NCBI GenBank assembly: GCA_963725665.1
Contig: CAVRZA010000004.1
Coordinates: 128,001 to 192,000, forward strand
Direction: 5' to 3'
Length of the DNA: 64,000 bases
Source: an uncultured Actinomycetes bacterium
GTDB lineage: Bacteria > Actinomycetota > Thermoleophilia > UBA2241
The notes below the pieces were generated by a model, which did no database searches, had not been told where the DNA came from, and worked only from the letters and a program-made list of their open reading frames with translations. Below, piece after piece: positions 10,813 through 20,338 of the stretch; position 1 is the first letter of the stretch, and every line of letters starts with the position of its first letter. Made by a program: the position numbers and the translations under genes.

Positions 10813-11415
10813 TTAGTCTCCTTCGGCCAGGAGCGCGTAGATGCGCTTGCGCGCCTCGTCGAGGACGGCCTGCGCCCGGTCCACTTGCGCCGGCGAGCCC
10901 GTGGTGAGGAGCTGCTTGACGGCGGCGGCGAGGCCGAAGCCCGTCTGCCCCAGCTTGAAGCGAGGGTCGTCGGGCCCCGACATGCCCCAGCCGCCCCAGG
11001 GCGGTTCCTCGGCGCGTTGCTTGCTGGCCTCGGCCTGCTCGCGTCCCTTGTCGGTCAGCGTGTAGATGCGCCGGCTCTCGACTTCCTCGCTTGTGACGAG
11101 GCCCTGGTCCTCGAGCAGCTGCAGGGTCGGGTAGATGGAGCCCGCGCTTGGGTTCCAGAAGCCGCCGCTGCGCTCCTGCAGCCGCTGCATGATCTGGTAG
11201 CCATGCATGGACTCCTCGGCAAGCACGGCGAGGATGGCCGCGCGCACGTCGCCGCGCTTGGCACGCCCGAAGGGGCCGAAACCCCAAGCGTGATGGCCGT
11301 GGGGGCCGAACGGCCCCCTGTGGGCGAAACTGAAGGGTCGCCCGCCGCGGGCGCGCCCCCGGGGACCGAACCCGGGGCTGTCGCAGTCATTCCGTGGGGT
11401 CTCGCAAGGTGACAT
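10813..11415 (-). CDS. PadR family transcriptional regulator
   Basis: RGDVRAAILAVL, MHGYQIM, WNPSAGSIYPTLQLLEDQGLV, RRIYTLTDKG; GAGGAGG RBS. Confidence 0.93.
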   Translation of the reverse strand: MSPCETPRNDCDSPGFGPRGRARGGRPFSFAHRGPFGPHGHHAWGFGPFGRAKRGDVRAAILAVLAEESMHGYQIMQRLQERSGGFWNPSAGSIYPTLQLLEDQGLVTSEEVESRRIYTLTDKGREQAEASKQRAEEPPWGGWGMSGPDDPRFKLGQTGFGLAAAVKQLLTTGSPAQVDRAQAVLDEARKRIYALLAEGD

Positions 11416-11435
11416 GCTTGCCTCCTCAATAAACG

Positions 11436-11477
11436 GTATAACGCGATATATTGTAATACCTCGTTACCGACCGTCAA
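11436..11477 (-). promoter_or_regulatory. Sigma70-type promoter of padR (TTGACG-16-TACAAT) with adjacent AT-rich putative operator
   Basis: -35 at 11472-11477 and -10 at 11450-11455 on the minus strand, followed by ATATCGCGTTATA. Confidence 0.6.
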
Positions 11478-11741
11478 GCAGGGGGCTTCGCCGCGAGCGC
11501 ATCTTCGCGCGCGGCATCACGATCCCCTGAGACGACGCGGCCATCGCGCGCTAGCCTTCCACCGCTGCTCGCGCGCGCCCACATCGCGGGCCTCAACCTG
11601 CCTCTTGTGGTGTCCCCACACACCATCGTCGAAGTGCCGACATTCTGCCGACGCAACTCGGCGGCGACGAGCGCAGACTGCTCGCGCAGCGACCCAAGGC
11701 GCACAAGGCGTTCCTGAGAGATGTACGGCCCTCCTTCTCCA

Positions 11742-11769
11742 TCAAGTCAGCCGGGCCGCGTGTCGATAC
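11742..11769 (+). promoter_or_regulatory. Sigma-28 (WhiG/FliA)-type promoter TCAAG-N15-GTCGATAC
   Basis: Matches the TAAA/TCAAG-N15-GCCGATA consensus; upstream of the GH123-like gene. Confidence 0.5.
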
Positions 11770-11793
11770 GAGTGAGCAAGGGGCTGCAGCGTT

Positions 11794-13593
11794 ATGACGG
11801 GGGGAGGTCCCACGGCGAGTCAATCGCACGCATCAGTGCACGCGAACGGTAGCGGTGACGCGGAGAAGCTGCGCGGTCCTCACGCTGACAGGAGCCGGAA
11901 GTCGAACCTCGTCCTCGCTCATCCGACTGTCCGCGCCTTGGTCGCCGCGCTCGGCGCGGCGTGTGCGCTTCTGGTGCTCGTCCCTGCCGCGTGGGCGGCC
12001 GTCTGGACGGCGTCGCCCGGCGCGCGTGTGTTCCCGTCGACCCGCCCAGGCGCGCAGCTCGCGGTCACCCTCAGAGCCGCGGGCGGCGAGTACAAAGGCC
12101 TCATTGTCGGCCTGCGAGCGGGCGTGCAGCGTCACGCATCCGTGACCTGGTCGGCGGACAGCGACCCACTGCTGGTGCAGCGCGCCATCCTCGACAAAGT
12201 CGCCTTCGTGCGCATCAGCCATCCCACGACGGGCACGGGAGCCAAAGCCGGCCTTTACCCCGATCCGCTACTGCCGCGCAGGTTCGGCCAGACGCTCACG
12301 GTGCCGGCGCACAGCTCTTCGCTCTACGTTCTCTTCCACGTTCCCTTCGGGACTCCGGGGGGCGTCTACTCGGGCACCCTCCACGTCGTTAACGGGACCG
12401 AGCAGGTGGATGTGCCGGTCGTGCTGCGAGTCTGGAGCTTCGGTTGGCAGCGCTTGAGCGTGCGCACGGGATTCATGCTTACCTCGCAGAACATCACCGG
12501 CGACCCGCTCGACACCTACACCATGCTCCAAGAGCACGGGGTGACGCCCATGGCGCCTGGGGCATACCCACGCGCTGCCGCCAATGGAGACATCAACGCT
12601 GCGCTGTACGAAGACAAGCTGCGGCCTTATCTCGCGAGCGATGGCCGCGACATGGTGACCGTTCGCCTGCCCTGGTCGAGCTTGTGGCCGAGCTACTCGT
12701 GGAAGTTCAGCTCGGCCGACTCGCGGCTGCTCAACTACCTCAAGCAGGTCTGCCGCGTCTATCGCGACAACGGTTGGGACAGCAAGGCCATTGGCTATCC
12801 GGTCGACGAGCCGACGAACACCTCGGCCGAGCGCCAGGCTGAGCGGCTGGCCCGGACGCTGCACAAGGCCAGCGCGACTGTCGGCTACCGCGCCAAGTTC
12901 TTCCTCACCGACGACCCGCGTCCGACGAGTCTGCAGGCGATGCTTCCGGCCAATCGCTTTCTCTGGGACGACGTGGATATCTGGTGTCTGCGCTACTACT
13001 ACTTCTTCGGGCGCGTGCCGATCCTGCGGCAGCTCCAGGCGAAAGGCCGCCAAGTCTGGTGGTACCCGTACTTCAACACCGCAGTCGCCAAGTTGCCGAA
13101 CTTCGTGATCGAGAAGCCACTCGCCGACCAGCGCGTCTGGGGTTGGCTCATGTACCAGTGGAACGTCGACGGCATGTTGTACTGGGGAGTCAACCGCTGG
13201 AGCGCCCCCGGCGGCGGCAGGCGCGATCCCTACAAGAACCCGCTGTCGTTCAGGTACTCGGATGGCCGTGTCGCCAACGGGGAGGCCAGCCTCATCTACC
13301 CCGGGTACTACCCCAGCTACGGCCTGGACGACCGCTCGGCGCCGCCCGTGTCGTCGCTGCGTCTGGAATCATTGCGCGACGGGTTCCAGGACCGCGAATA
13401 CCTGCTCCTCGCGACCAAGCTCTTCGGCGCGAGCTACGTCCGCTCAGTCGTCAAGAGCGTGACTTGGTATCCCTACCGGGTGCGGTACGGGCACGTGTTC
13501 GAGTTCCCGAAGTACAAGACGACGGTCTCGGCCTTCAACACCGCCCGCATGAAGCTCGCCCAGCGCATCGAGCAGGTGGTTACGACTCCGTAG
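11794..13593 (+). CDS. Secreted DUF4091 / glycoside hydrolase family 123-like protein (start uncertain)
   Basis: Signal-peptide-like LLVLVPAAWA, YPDPLLP, YPVDEP, GMLYWG, NGEASLIYPG, SSLRLESLRDGFQDREYL. Confidence 0.75.
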   Translation: MTGGGPTASQSHASVHANGSGDAEKLRGPHADRSRKSNLVLAHPTVRALVAALGAACALLVLVPAAWAAVWTASPGARVFPSTRPGAQLAVTLRAAGGEYKGLIVGLRAGVQRHASVTWSADSDPLLVQRAILDKVAFVRISHPTTGTGAKAGLYPDPLLPRRFGQTLTVPAHSSSLYVLFHVPFGTPGGVYSGTLHVVNGTEQVDVPVVLRVWSFGWQRLSVRTGFMLTSQNITGDPLDTYTMLQEHGVTPMAPGAYPRAAANGDINAALYEDKLRPYLASDGRDMVTVRLPWSSLWPSYSWKFSSADSRLLNYLKQVCRVYRDNGWDSKAIGYPVDEPTNTSAERQAERLARTLHKASATVGYRAKFFLTDDPRPTSLQAMLPANRFLWDDVDIWCLRYYYFFGRVPILRQLQAKGRQVWWYPYFNTAVAKLPNFVIEKPLADQRVWGWLMYQWNVDGMLYWGVNRWSAPGGGRRDPYKNPLSFRYSDGRVANGEASLIYPGYYPSYGLDDRSAPPVSSLRLESLRDGFQDREYLLLATKLFGASYVRSVVKSVTWYPYRVRYGHVFEFPKYKTTVSAFNTARMKLAQRIEQVVTTP

Positions 13594-13645
13594 ACGACTG
13601 CGGCGAGCGGGCGTCCGACAGGGTTGGGACTGCGATCGCCCCGAC

Positions 13646-14260
13646 CTAGCACCGCAGCGCAAGGCACAGCCCGTCTCTCTCCGGGGAATGCCCTGGCAGG
13701 AATGCCAGGAAGGACACCGGCCGCCATCCCCTGTCGCTGAAAATGGCCCGGCTGAAGGGATCCGCATCGGGAAAGGCGACATTGTCGGTCACCAGCAATC
13801 CCCTCGGTCGCAACAGGCGATGGCATTCGGGCAAAGCGCGAGCGTAGTCGGCTTTCTCGATGTCCATGAAGATGAGGTCGAATCCGCCCTCGATCCGGGG
13901 TAGGTGGGCGAACACATCGCCGCAGATGACGTTGGCCTGCTCCGCCAGGCCGGCGCGTTCCAGGTTCTTGCGTGCGCGCGCGGCGAGTGCATCATCGAGC
14001 TCCAGGGTCGTTACCATGCCCGCGTTCATGGCACAGGCGCGCGCGAGAAAGATGGCCGAATAACCCGTGGCCGTTCCGAGCTCGAGGATGGCCGTAGCGT
14101 CGATGGCTCGAGAAAGGACGAACAGAAGCTCACCGACCACCGGGCCCACAATCGGGATGTTCTCCGCTTCGGCCTCCATCTCCAGTCCCTGTAACAGCGG
14201 GTCGTCTTTCAGGGCGAACTGGCTGAAGTAGGCTTCCGGCTCATCCACGATCTTCGACAC
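13646..14260 (-). CDS. O-methyltransferase (class I SAM, caffeoyl-CoA OMT-like)
   Basis: IPIVGPVVG, ILELGTATGYSA, FDLIFMDIEK, LVTDNV; GTG start at 14260 after AAAGGTGG. Confidence 0.9.
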   Translation of the reverse strand: MSKIVDEPEAYFSQFALKDDPLLQGLEMEAEAENIPIVGPVVGELLFVLSRAIDATAILELGTATGYSAIFLARACAMNAGMVTTLELDDALAARARKNLERAGLAEQANVICGDVFAHLPRIEGGFDLIFMDIEKADYARALPECHRLLRPRGLLVTDNVAFPDADPFSRAIFSDRGWRPVSFLAFLPGHSPERDGLCLALRC

Positions 14261-14591
14261 GACGGCCACCTTTCGGACCTTCTCAACAGAGCCTCGACCA
14301 CGCGCGAAGCCGCGCCGGCTGGTCAACCGCAGGGGCTTCACGAAAGCCTGGTTCCCGCAAGGTCGGCACCAGACTAGCATTGGGAGGGCTATGGCTTGGT
14401 CACCCCCGAACCGACAGACGCTCCTCCGCACGCTCAGTCCGCTCGACCCGACCGACCTCATCTCAACCCAGGCAGCCCGCGGCCAGGGCAACACTTGCAC
14501 GGCGACGTTGCCGGTAGTAGAGCAGACACACACGCCGCGGCCAGAGGCACCACAACAGACGACGGCGGACCACACGAAAGGGGTGGGAGAG

Positions 14592-14885
14592 ATGCCGATG
14601 TACGTCGGGCTCTACAAGTTCACCGCCAAGGGGGCCAACGACATGAAGAGCCTCCCCGAGCGCGTCAAAGAAAGCGTCAAGGTCTGGGAGGCGTTGGGCG
14701 GAAAGACGATCGCGGTCCTCGCCACAATGGGCCGGTACGACATGGTGACCGTGGGTGAAGGGCCCAGCGACGAGATGGCAGCCACGTTTGCCTCCGGGCT
14801 GGCGGCGAGGGGCTATGTAGCCACCGAGACCCTTCGCGCCTTTACCATGGAGGAGTGTGCCGCGCTGCTGGCCAAGCTCCCGTGA
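14592..14885 (+). CDS. GYD domain-containing protein
   Basis: YVGLYKFTAKG, TMGRYDMV, TETLRAFT. Confidence 0.85.
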   Translation: MPMYVGLYKFTAKGANDMKSLPERVKESVKVWEALGGKTIAVLATMGRYDMVTVGEGPSDEMAATFASGLAARGYVATETLRAFTMEECAALLAKLP

Positions 14886-15141
14886 GGAAGCGCTCTAGCC
14901 GCAGCCACCGATCGCGGCGCCCGCTGGCCGCGGCGCCGTCGGACCGGTGAATACCCGCGTAGCCACAGCTCGGCTCTGATCCCGCCATCGGTCGTTGAGG
15001 CCTGACCTCCACGACGCGGCAACGAGGTCGCCAGGGACGTGAGAGCTTCCCTGCCGTCGAACCACGCGCGCTGCGTAGCCAGCCTATGCCGTCATGTAGT
15101 GTGTTGCGCTGGATACTGGACTGGGAGGGGAGACTACGACG

Positions 15142-16647
15142 ATGAGCGCGAACGGAAGCGACGGAGATCCGAGGAGCGAAGGCCGCGCAGAGCGAGACGT
15201 CCATGCGCGTGCGGGGCGGTCATCTGCATTCGCGCGTGACTCCGCGCTCGTCAGCGCGGAGGAATGGGCGGCCAGGGGGAAGGCCGCGCGTGAGGACGCT
15301 CCCAGGCCGAGCCACGGGGAGTGGAAGGCGGCGGCGAACCGGCCGGATCCGGTGGCGCTCCTCGAAAAGCAGGCGGAAAGCCGGGTCCCGGACCTGGTGC
15401 CCATACGCCACGGGCGGATGCTGGCCTCACCGTCGACGTTCTACCGGGGCGCCGCGCTCATCATGGCGGCGGACCTCGCCGGCACGCCGGTCTCGGGCTT
15501 CGAGGTGCAGCTCTGCGGCGACGCGCACCTGCTGAACTTCGGCGTCTTCGCGTCGCCCGAGCGCCAGATGCTCTTCGACATCAACGACTTCGACGAGACG
15601 CTGCCGGGCCCGTGGGAGTGGGACGTGAAACGCCTTGCGGCGAGCTTCGAGGTCGCGGGCCGCGACCTCGGGTTCTCCGCCGCCGACCGCCGCGACATCG
15701 TTCTTGCAGGCGTGCGCGAGTACCGGGACGCGATGCGCCGGGCCGCAAGGATGGGGGCGCTCGATGCCTGGTACGCACACCTGACCGTCGAGGACCTCAC
15801 GGCCTGGATCGGCGCCGAGGTGCGCGCCGGCCGCCTTGGCAACAAGGAGGCCAAGGAGGCGGCCGGCGATGTGGCCAAGGCCAGGGCGCGGGTGCACGAG
15901 CGCTCGTTCCGCCGGCTCGCCGGCGAGGTCGACGGGAAGCTCCGCATCATCGCCGATCCTCCGCTCATAGTGCCGATCGACGATCTGGTGCTTCCGGGGA
16001 CGGCCCGCGAGGAGACGGAGGAGTGGATGCGCTCGCTGGTCCGCGCCTACCGGCGCTCGCTGGCACAGAGCCGCCACCCGATCGAGGAGTACCGCTACGT
16101 TGACACGGCCCGCAAGGTCGTCGGCGTCGGTAGCGTGGGGACGCGCGCCTGGATCTTTCTGTTCCTCGGCCGCCAGCGTCAGGCCCCACTGTTCCTGCAG
16201 GCGAAGGAGGCACAGGCGTCGGTCCTGGAGCCGTTCGTCGGCAGGAGCCGGTACGCGAACCACGGTCGGCGCGTCGTCGAGGGCCAGCGCCTGATGCAGG
16301 CGGCGAGCGACATATTCCTCGGCTGGCTGCGTCTCGAGGGCCTCGACGGCCGAGCACGCGACTACTACGTGCGCCAGCTTCACGACTGGAAGGGCGCCAT
16401 CGAGGTCGAGACCTTCCGCGTGCCGGGCGCGACGCTGTACGCCCGCCTGTGTGGAGCCACCTTGGCGCGGGCGCACGCCCGTCTCGGCGAACGGGTGGCG
16501 ATCGCCTCGTATCTCGGCAAGGGCGACGTCTTCGATCGGGCGATCGCCGACTTCTCCGTCGCCTACGCCGACCAGAACGAGCGCGACTACGAAGCCTTCG
16601 TGACGGCCGTGCGCGCTGGGAAGCTCAGTGCGGAGACGGGTCTCTAG
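15142..16647 (+). CDS. DUF2252 family protein (kinase-like)
   Basis: RHGRMLASP, CGDAHLLNFG, FDINDFDE, WEWDVKRLAAS, KVVGVGSVG, LARAHAR. Confidence 0.92.
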   Translation: MSANGSDGDPRSEGRAERDVHARAGRSSAFARDSALVSAEEWAARGKAAREDAPRPSHGEWKAAANRPDPVALLEKQAESRVPDLVPIRHGRMLASPSTFYRGAALIMAADLAGTPVSGFEVQLCGDAHLLNFGVFASPERQMLFDINDFDETLPGPWEWDVKRLAASFEVAGRDLGFSAADRRDIVLAGVREYRDAMRRAARMGALDAWYAHLTVEDLTAWIGAEVRAGRLGNKEAKEAAGDVAKARARVHERSFRRLAGEVDGKLRIIADPPLIVPIDDLVLPGTAREETEEWMRSLVRAYRRSLAQSRHPIEEYRYVDTARKVVGVGSVGTRAWIFLFLGRQRQAPLFLQAKEAQASVLEPFVGRSRYANHGRRVVEGQRLMQAASDIFLGWLRLEGLDGRARDYYVRQLHDWKGAIEVETFRVPGATLYARLCGATLARAHARLGERVAIASYLGKGDVFDRAIADFSVAYADQNERDYEAFVTAVRAGKLSAETGL

Positions 16648-16783
16648 CGCGGGCGACGATGCGGCCGGGCGCGCGTTGCGTCAGGCGTGTCCGTTCGTTT
16701 GCTCGCACGACGTCGCGTCCCCTCCTCGGCTGCATCCATGAGCTCCGGTTGACAGGCAGGCTGATCGAATGGAAGGTCTCCCC

Positions 16784-18259
16784 ATGGACCACGTTGTCGA
16801 TGACCGCGGTGACCTGTGCTACCTGCCGGCGACCGAGGCTCTGCGGCTGTTCAGGGAAAGGCGGCTCTCCCCGGTCGAGCTCATGGCGGCTGTCATCGCC
16901 CGCGCCGAGGCTGTGGAACCGGCGGTCAACGCGCTGTGTGTGACCTACTTCGACGAGGCCCTCGCCGCGGCCAGGAAGGCCGAAGACACGTATATGGGCC
17001 GCGGCGACGATCCGCGGCCCCTCGCCGGCATCCCGGTGGCGATCAAGGACGAGATGCCGATCGCCGGCCAGCCCTGCTCGGGCGGGTCGCTGCTCACCAA
17101 GGACCTGATCGCCGACGAGACGGCCATCGTCGCGCAGCGCATCCTGGCGGCGGGCGGCATCGTGCATGCGCGCACGACGACGCCCGAGTTCAGTTGCGCC
17201 GGCTTCACGCACTCGCGCCTGTGGGGCGTGACGCGCAACCCCTGGAACCCAGAGTATGCCGTTGGCGGCTCCTCGGGCGGCTCCGCCGCCGCTCTCGCCT
17301 GTGGCAGCGCGACACTGGCCACCGGCTCAGACATCGGCGGCTCCATCCGCCTGCCGGCCTCCTTCAACGGTGTGGTCGGCTTCAAGCCGCCCTTCGGCCG
17401 CGTGCCCGAAGAAGCGCCCTACAACCTTGACCAGTACTGCCACGAGGGTCCCTTGGCGCGCACGGTGGCCGACTGCGCCCTGTTCGAGAACGTGATCAGC
17501 GGGCCGCACCCCGACGACCTCGTCTGCGTCGCCCCGAAGCTGGAGATCCCCGATCAGTTTGAGGGGATCGAGGGCATGAGGGTCGCACTCGTCGAGACCC
17601 CCGGCGACTGGCCGATCGACCCCGACGTGGCGGCCAACACTCGCGCCACAGGGCAGGCGTTCGGGGAGGCCGGCGCGCTCGTCGACGAGGTGGAGCTCGC
17701 CGTCCGCAGGAAGGACGTCGTGTCGGCCATGCTGGTCCACTTCGGCGCCATCTTCGCCGCCGACATCCTGCAGGACGTGCAGGCGCACCGCGAACTGCTG
17801 ACTCCCTATGCTCTCCACATGGTCGAGCGCTCGGCGGCAGCGCTCCGCGAGATCGGCTTCATCGAAGGCCTGCGCATGGAAGCCGACATCACGGCTGCGA
17901 TCGGCAGGGTCTTTGCCGAGCACGACCTGCTGCTGCTGCCCACCGTGGTCACACGGGGCTTCGTCGCCGGCGACGACTATGTGGACCACGGTGTGACGGT
18001 CGGAGGAGAGGAGCTGCCCGAGTACTTCCACGCCTTCCTCACGCCGCTCTTCAACATCGCCAGCCGTTGCCCGGTGCTCAACGTGCCCTCGGGCTTCGCC
18101 GACAACGGGGTGCCGACGGGTGTGCAGATCGTCGGCCGCCCTTATGAGGACGTGAGCGTCTTTCGCGCGGGCGCCGCCTACGAGCGTCTGCGCCCCTGGC
18201 TCGACGCGGCGGAGCGGCGCCCGCTGCAGTCGTCGGCGGCGGCATCACCCCGGCCGTAG
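16784..18259 (+). CDS. Amidase (amidase-signature family)
   Basis: GIPVAIKD, TRNPWN, GGSSGGS, GSDIGGSIRLPASFNG. Confidence 0.93.
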   Translation: MDHVVDDRGDLCYLPATEALRLFRERRLSPVELMAAVIARAEAVEPAVNALCVTYFDEALAAARKAEDTYMGRGDDPRPLAGIPVAIKDEMPIAGQPCSGGSLLTKDLIADETAIVAQRILAAGGIVHARTTTPEFSCAGFTHSRLWGVTRNPWNPEYAVGGSSGGSAAALACGSATLATGSDIGGSIRLPASFNGVVGFKPPFGRVPEEAPYNLDQYCHEGPLARTVADCALFENVISGPHPDDLVCVAPKLEIPDQFEGIEGMRVALVETPGDWPIDPDVAANTRATGQAFGEAGALVDEVELAVRRKDVVSAMLVHFGAIFAADILQDVQAHRELLTPYALHMVERSAAALREIGFIEGLRMEADITAAIGRVFAEHDLLLLPTVVTRGFVAGDDYVDHGVTVGGEELPEYFHAFLTPLFNIASRCPVLNVPSGFADNGVPTGVQIVGRPYEDVSVFRAGAAYERLRPWLDAAERRPLQSSAAASPRP

Positions 18260-18293
18260 TCGTGAGCAACGGGACAAGCACGGAGTCCACGGC

Positions 18294-18971
18294 GTGACCG
18301 AACCGCGAGATCTGCCCGCCGGCGTGTTCTCATCCTGGCTTCGTCGCATGCGGATCGCGCAACTGGATGACAGGGGAGTTGCCGTCCCCTGCGGTGAGTG
18401 CGCTGCCTGCTGCAGGTCGTCCTACTTCATCCACATTGGGCGCGACGAGGCCCAGACTCTTGCTCGGATACCTGGCGAGCTCCTCTTTGCGGCGCCCGAT
18501 CTGCCCCAGGGCAATGTGCTGTTGGGCTACGATGGGCGAGGGCGCTGCCCCATGTTGCGCGACGCTGCGTGCTCGATCTATGGGGATCGGCCACTGACGT
18601 GCCGCAGCTACGACTGCCGGGTGTACACCGCAGCCGGGGTCGATGCGGACAGGGCACTTATCACTGAGCGCGCGCGGCGGTGGGCGTTCAGCTATCCGAC
18701 CAAGGCCGACCGCGACCAGCACGCGGCGGTACGGGCTGCCGCGAGGTTCTTGCGCGAGCATACCGAGTGCTTCCCGGGCGGGGCGGTTCCGGGCGACCTC
18801 GCGCAAGTGGCCGTCCTCGCGGTCAAGGTCTACGAGGTCTTCCTCGACTACGGCGACGGGTCCGGCGGGGCCTGGCGTGCATCTGCGGATCGCACCACAG
18901 CCAGAGCGGTTATGGAGGTCAACGAGAAGTTCGAGGCCGGGCGTGATGCGCCAGAGGCTCAGCCCGGTTAG
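18294..18971 (+). CDS. YkgJ family cysteine-cluster protein
   Basis: CGECAACCR, CPML...CSIYGDRPLTCRSYDC. Confidence 0.85.
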   Translation: MTEPRDLPAGVFSSWLRRMRIAQLDDRGVAVPCGECAACCRSSYFIHIGRDEAQTLARIPGELLFAAPDLPQGNVLLGYDGRGRCPMLRDAACSIYGDRPLTCRSYDCRVYTAAGVDADRALITERARRWAFSYPTKADRDQHAAVRAAARFLREHTECFPGGAVPGDLAQVAVLAVKVYEVFLDYGDGSGGAWRASADRTTARAVMEVNEKFEAGRDAPEAQPG

Positions 18972-19014
18972 CTGGTGGGCCGCCGAGGTGTGCCGGCTGC
19001 TGCGGGAGGTCGCG

Positions 19015-19374
19015 ATGAGCAAGCATCTCGATATGTGGTTCGAGGGTTGGAGGAGGGGAGATGCGGAGATGGTGCTGGGGGCGGTCACAGACGACTTCGT
19101 CTACGACGACCCGATCGACGGGCGCTTCGCGAAAGGCGAGTTTGCCGCCTACCTCGCCGAGCTGTTCGCGAGCGATGAAGAACCAGTGAGCAGGGCTGTA
19201 GATGAGGGGTTCGAGAGTATCTCGGACATCGTGGTGCAGGAGAACAACGGTGAGGAGACGGCCTGGGGCTGGTGGAAGGCTCCGCCGCAGGAGGGGGCCG
19301 GACTGGTGAAGGCCAGGCCAGACGGTGTCTACCTGGAGAAGGTCGCCTACTACACGCTCCCAGAGCCCTTCTGA
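19015..19374 (+). CDS. SnoaL/NTF2-like protein
   Basis: WFEGWRRGDAEMVLGAVTDDFVYDDP; GGGAGG RBS. Confidence 0.65.
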   Translation: MSKHLDMWFEGWRRGDAEMVLGAVTDDFVYDDPIDGRFAKGEFAAYLAELFASDEEPVSRAVDEGFESISDIVVQENNGEETAWGWWKAPPQEGAGLVKARPDGVYLEKVAYYTLPEPF

Positions 19375-19748
19375 CCTGTCTGGAGGAGCTTGGCGACCTT
19401 CTCGCGGAGCGCCGCGGGATAGAGCGGCTTCTCCTGAAACTCGTCGACTGGGGCCAACACGGGGTCCTTGCCGAACTTCATGCCTGTTGCCGCGCTAATG
19501 CTCGTCAGCATCAGTATCGGCGCAGCGTAGCCCTCGCGACGCAGTTCCCGGGCCATGACGAAGCCATCGTCGATCCCCTCCATCATCACGTCGAGGATGA
19601 TAAGGTCGGGTGCCTCGTCGGCGACCATCTTCATGCCCTCGGCGCGATTCGAGGCGAGCAGGACCTGGTACCCTTCCCTCTCGAGGACCACGCGTCCTGT
19701 CTCGAGGACGTCCAGGTCATCGTCGACGATCAGGATCTTCGACACCAC
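19350..19748 (-). CDS. Single-domain response regulator (receiver)
   Basis: ILIVDDD, PDLIILDVMM, PILMLTS, EKP. Confidence 0.9.
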   Translation of the reverse strand: MVSKILIVDDDLDVLETGRVVLEREGYQVLLASNRAEGMKMVADEAPDLIILDVMMEGIDDGFVMARELRREGYAAPILMLTSISAATGMKFGKDPVLAPVDEFQEKPLYPAALREKVAKLLQTGQKGSGSV

Positions 19749-19803
19749 ACCCTCCTTCCGTAACGTGTTCTCGCACGGCTCCCGGCGTCACTCGAGCGGT
19801 CCG

Positions 19804-20055
19804 CTAGTCCCAGCTGTGCAAGCTCAGGTGGACGCCAAGCAGCTTGGCCATGAGCCAGACAACGGCGGCGACGGCGGCGAGGGTGGCGACGAGCAAGACC
19901 AGGAAGCCCACGCGGGCGCTGCTGAGGACGGACATCAGGGCCACCGCCGCGACTGTCGCCGAGAGCACTATGGTGAGCTTCTTCCAGAGGGGCGCGGTGT
20001 TCCTCCTGGGCCTGAGGGGTGTGGTGGAGCTCCTGCGCCTGACATTCGGGAACAT
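19804..20055 (-). CDS. Small two-TM membrane protein, hypothetical
   Basis: AGGAG RBS; two hydrophobic segments. Confidence 0.55.
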   Translation of the reverse strand: MFPNVRRRSSTTPLRPRRNTAPLWKKLTIVLSATVAAVALMSVLSSARVGFLVLLVATLAAVAAVVWLMAKLLGVHLSLHSWD

Positions 20056-20338
20056 GACGGACTCCTGAGGGCCGCGACGAACCGGTCTGACCCGTTCATC
20101 ATGCCCGACCTGGCACTGCCGGGCAAGTCACCGGGATGCCGACGAGTCGCCGCGGGGAAAGCGGAGCTCGGCGCACGGACCGTTGAGGACGCCTGACCCG
20201 CACAGCCCAGCGGTCGCTCTGGTCCGCGTGTCGGCCGGAGGGATAGGATTCGTGCGCTCCGCCACCGACCGGCGCGTCTCAGGAAGGAAGGGCCTCTCGT
20301 GCTCTCCGGTACAGCTCCGACAGGGTGACTGAAAGCAG

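Noticed and set aside
14270-14590. Hairpin-rich divergent intergenic region as a candidate ncRNA
   Set aside because: Only short stems, single copy and no recognisable motif; insufficient support
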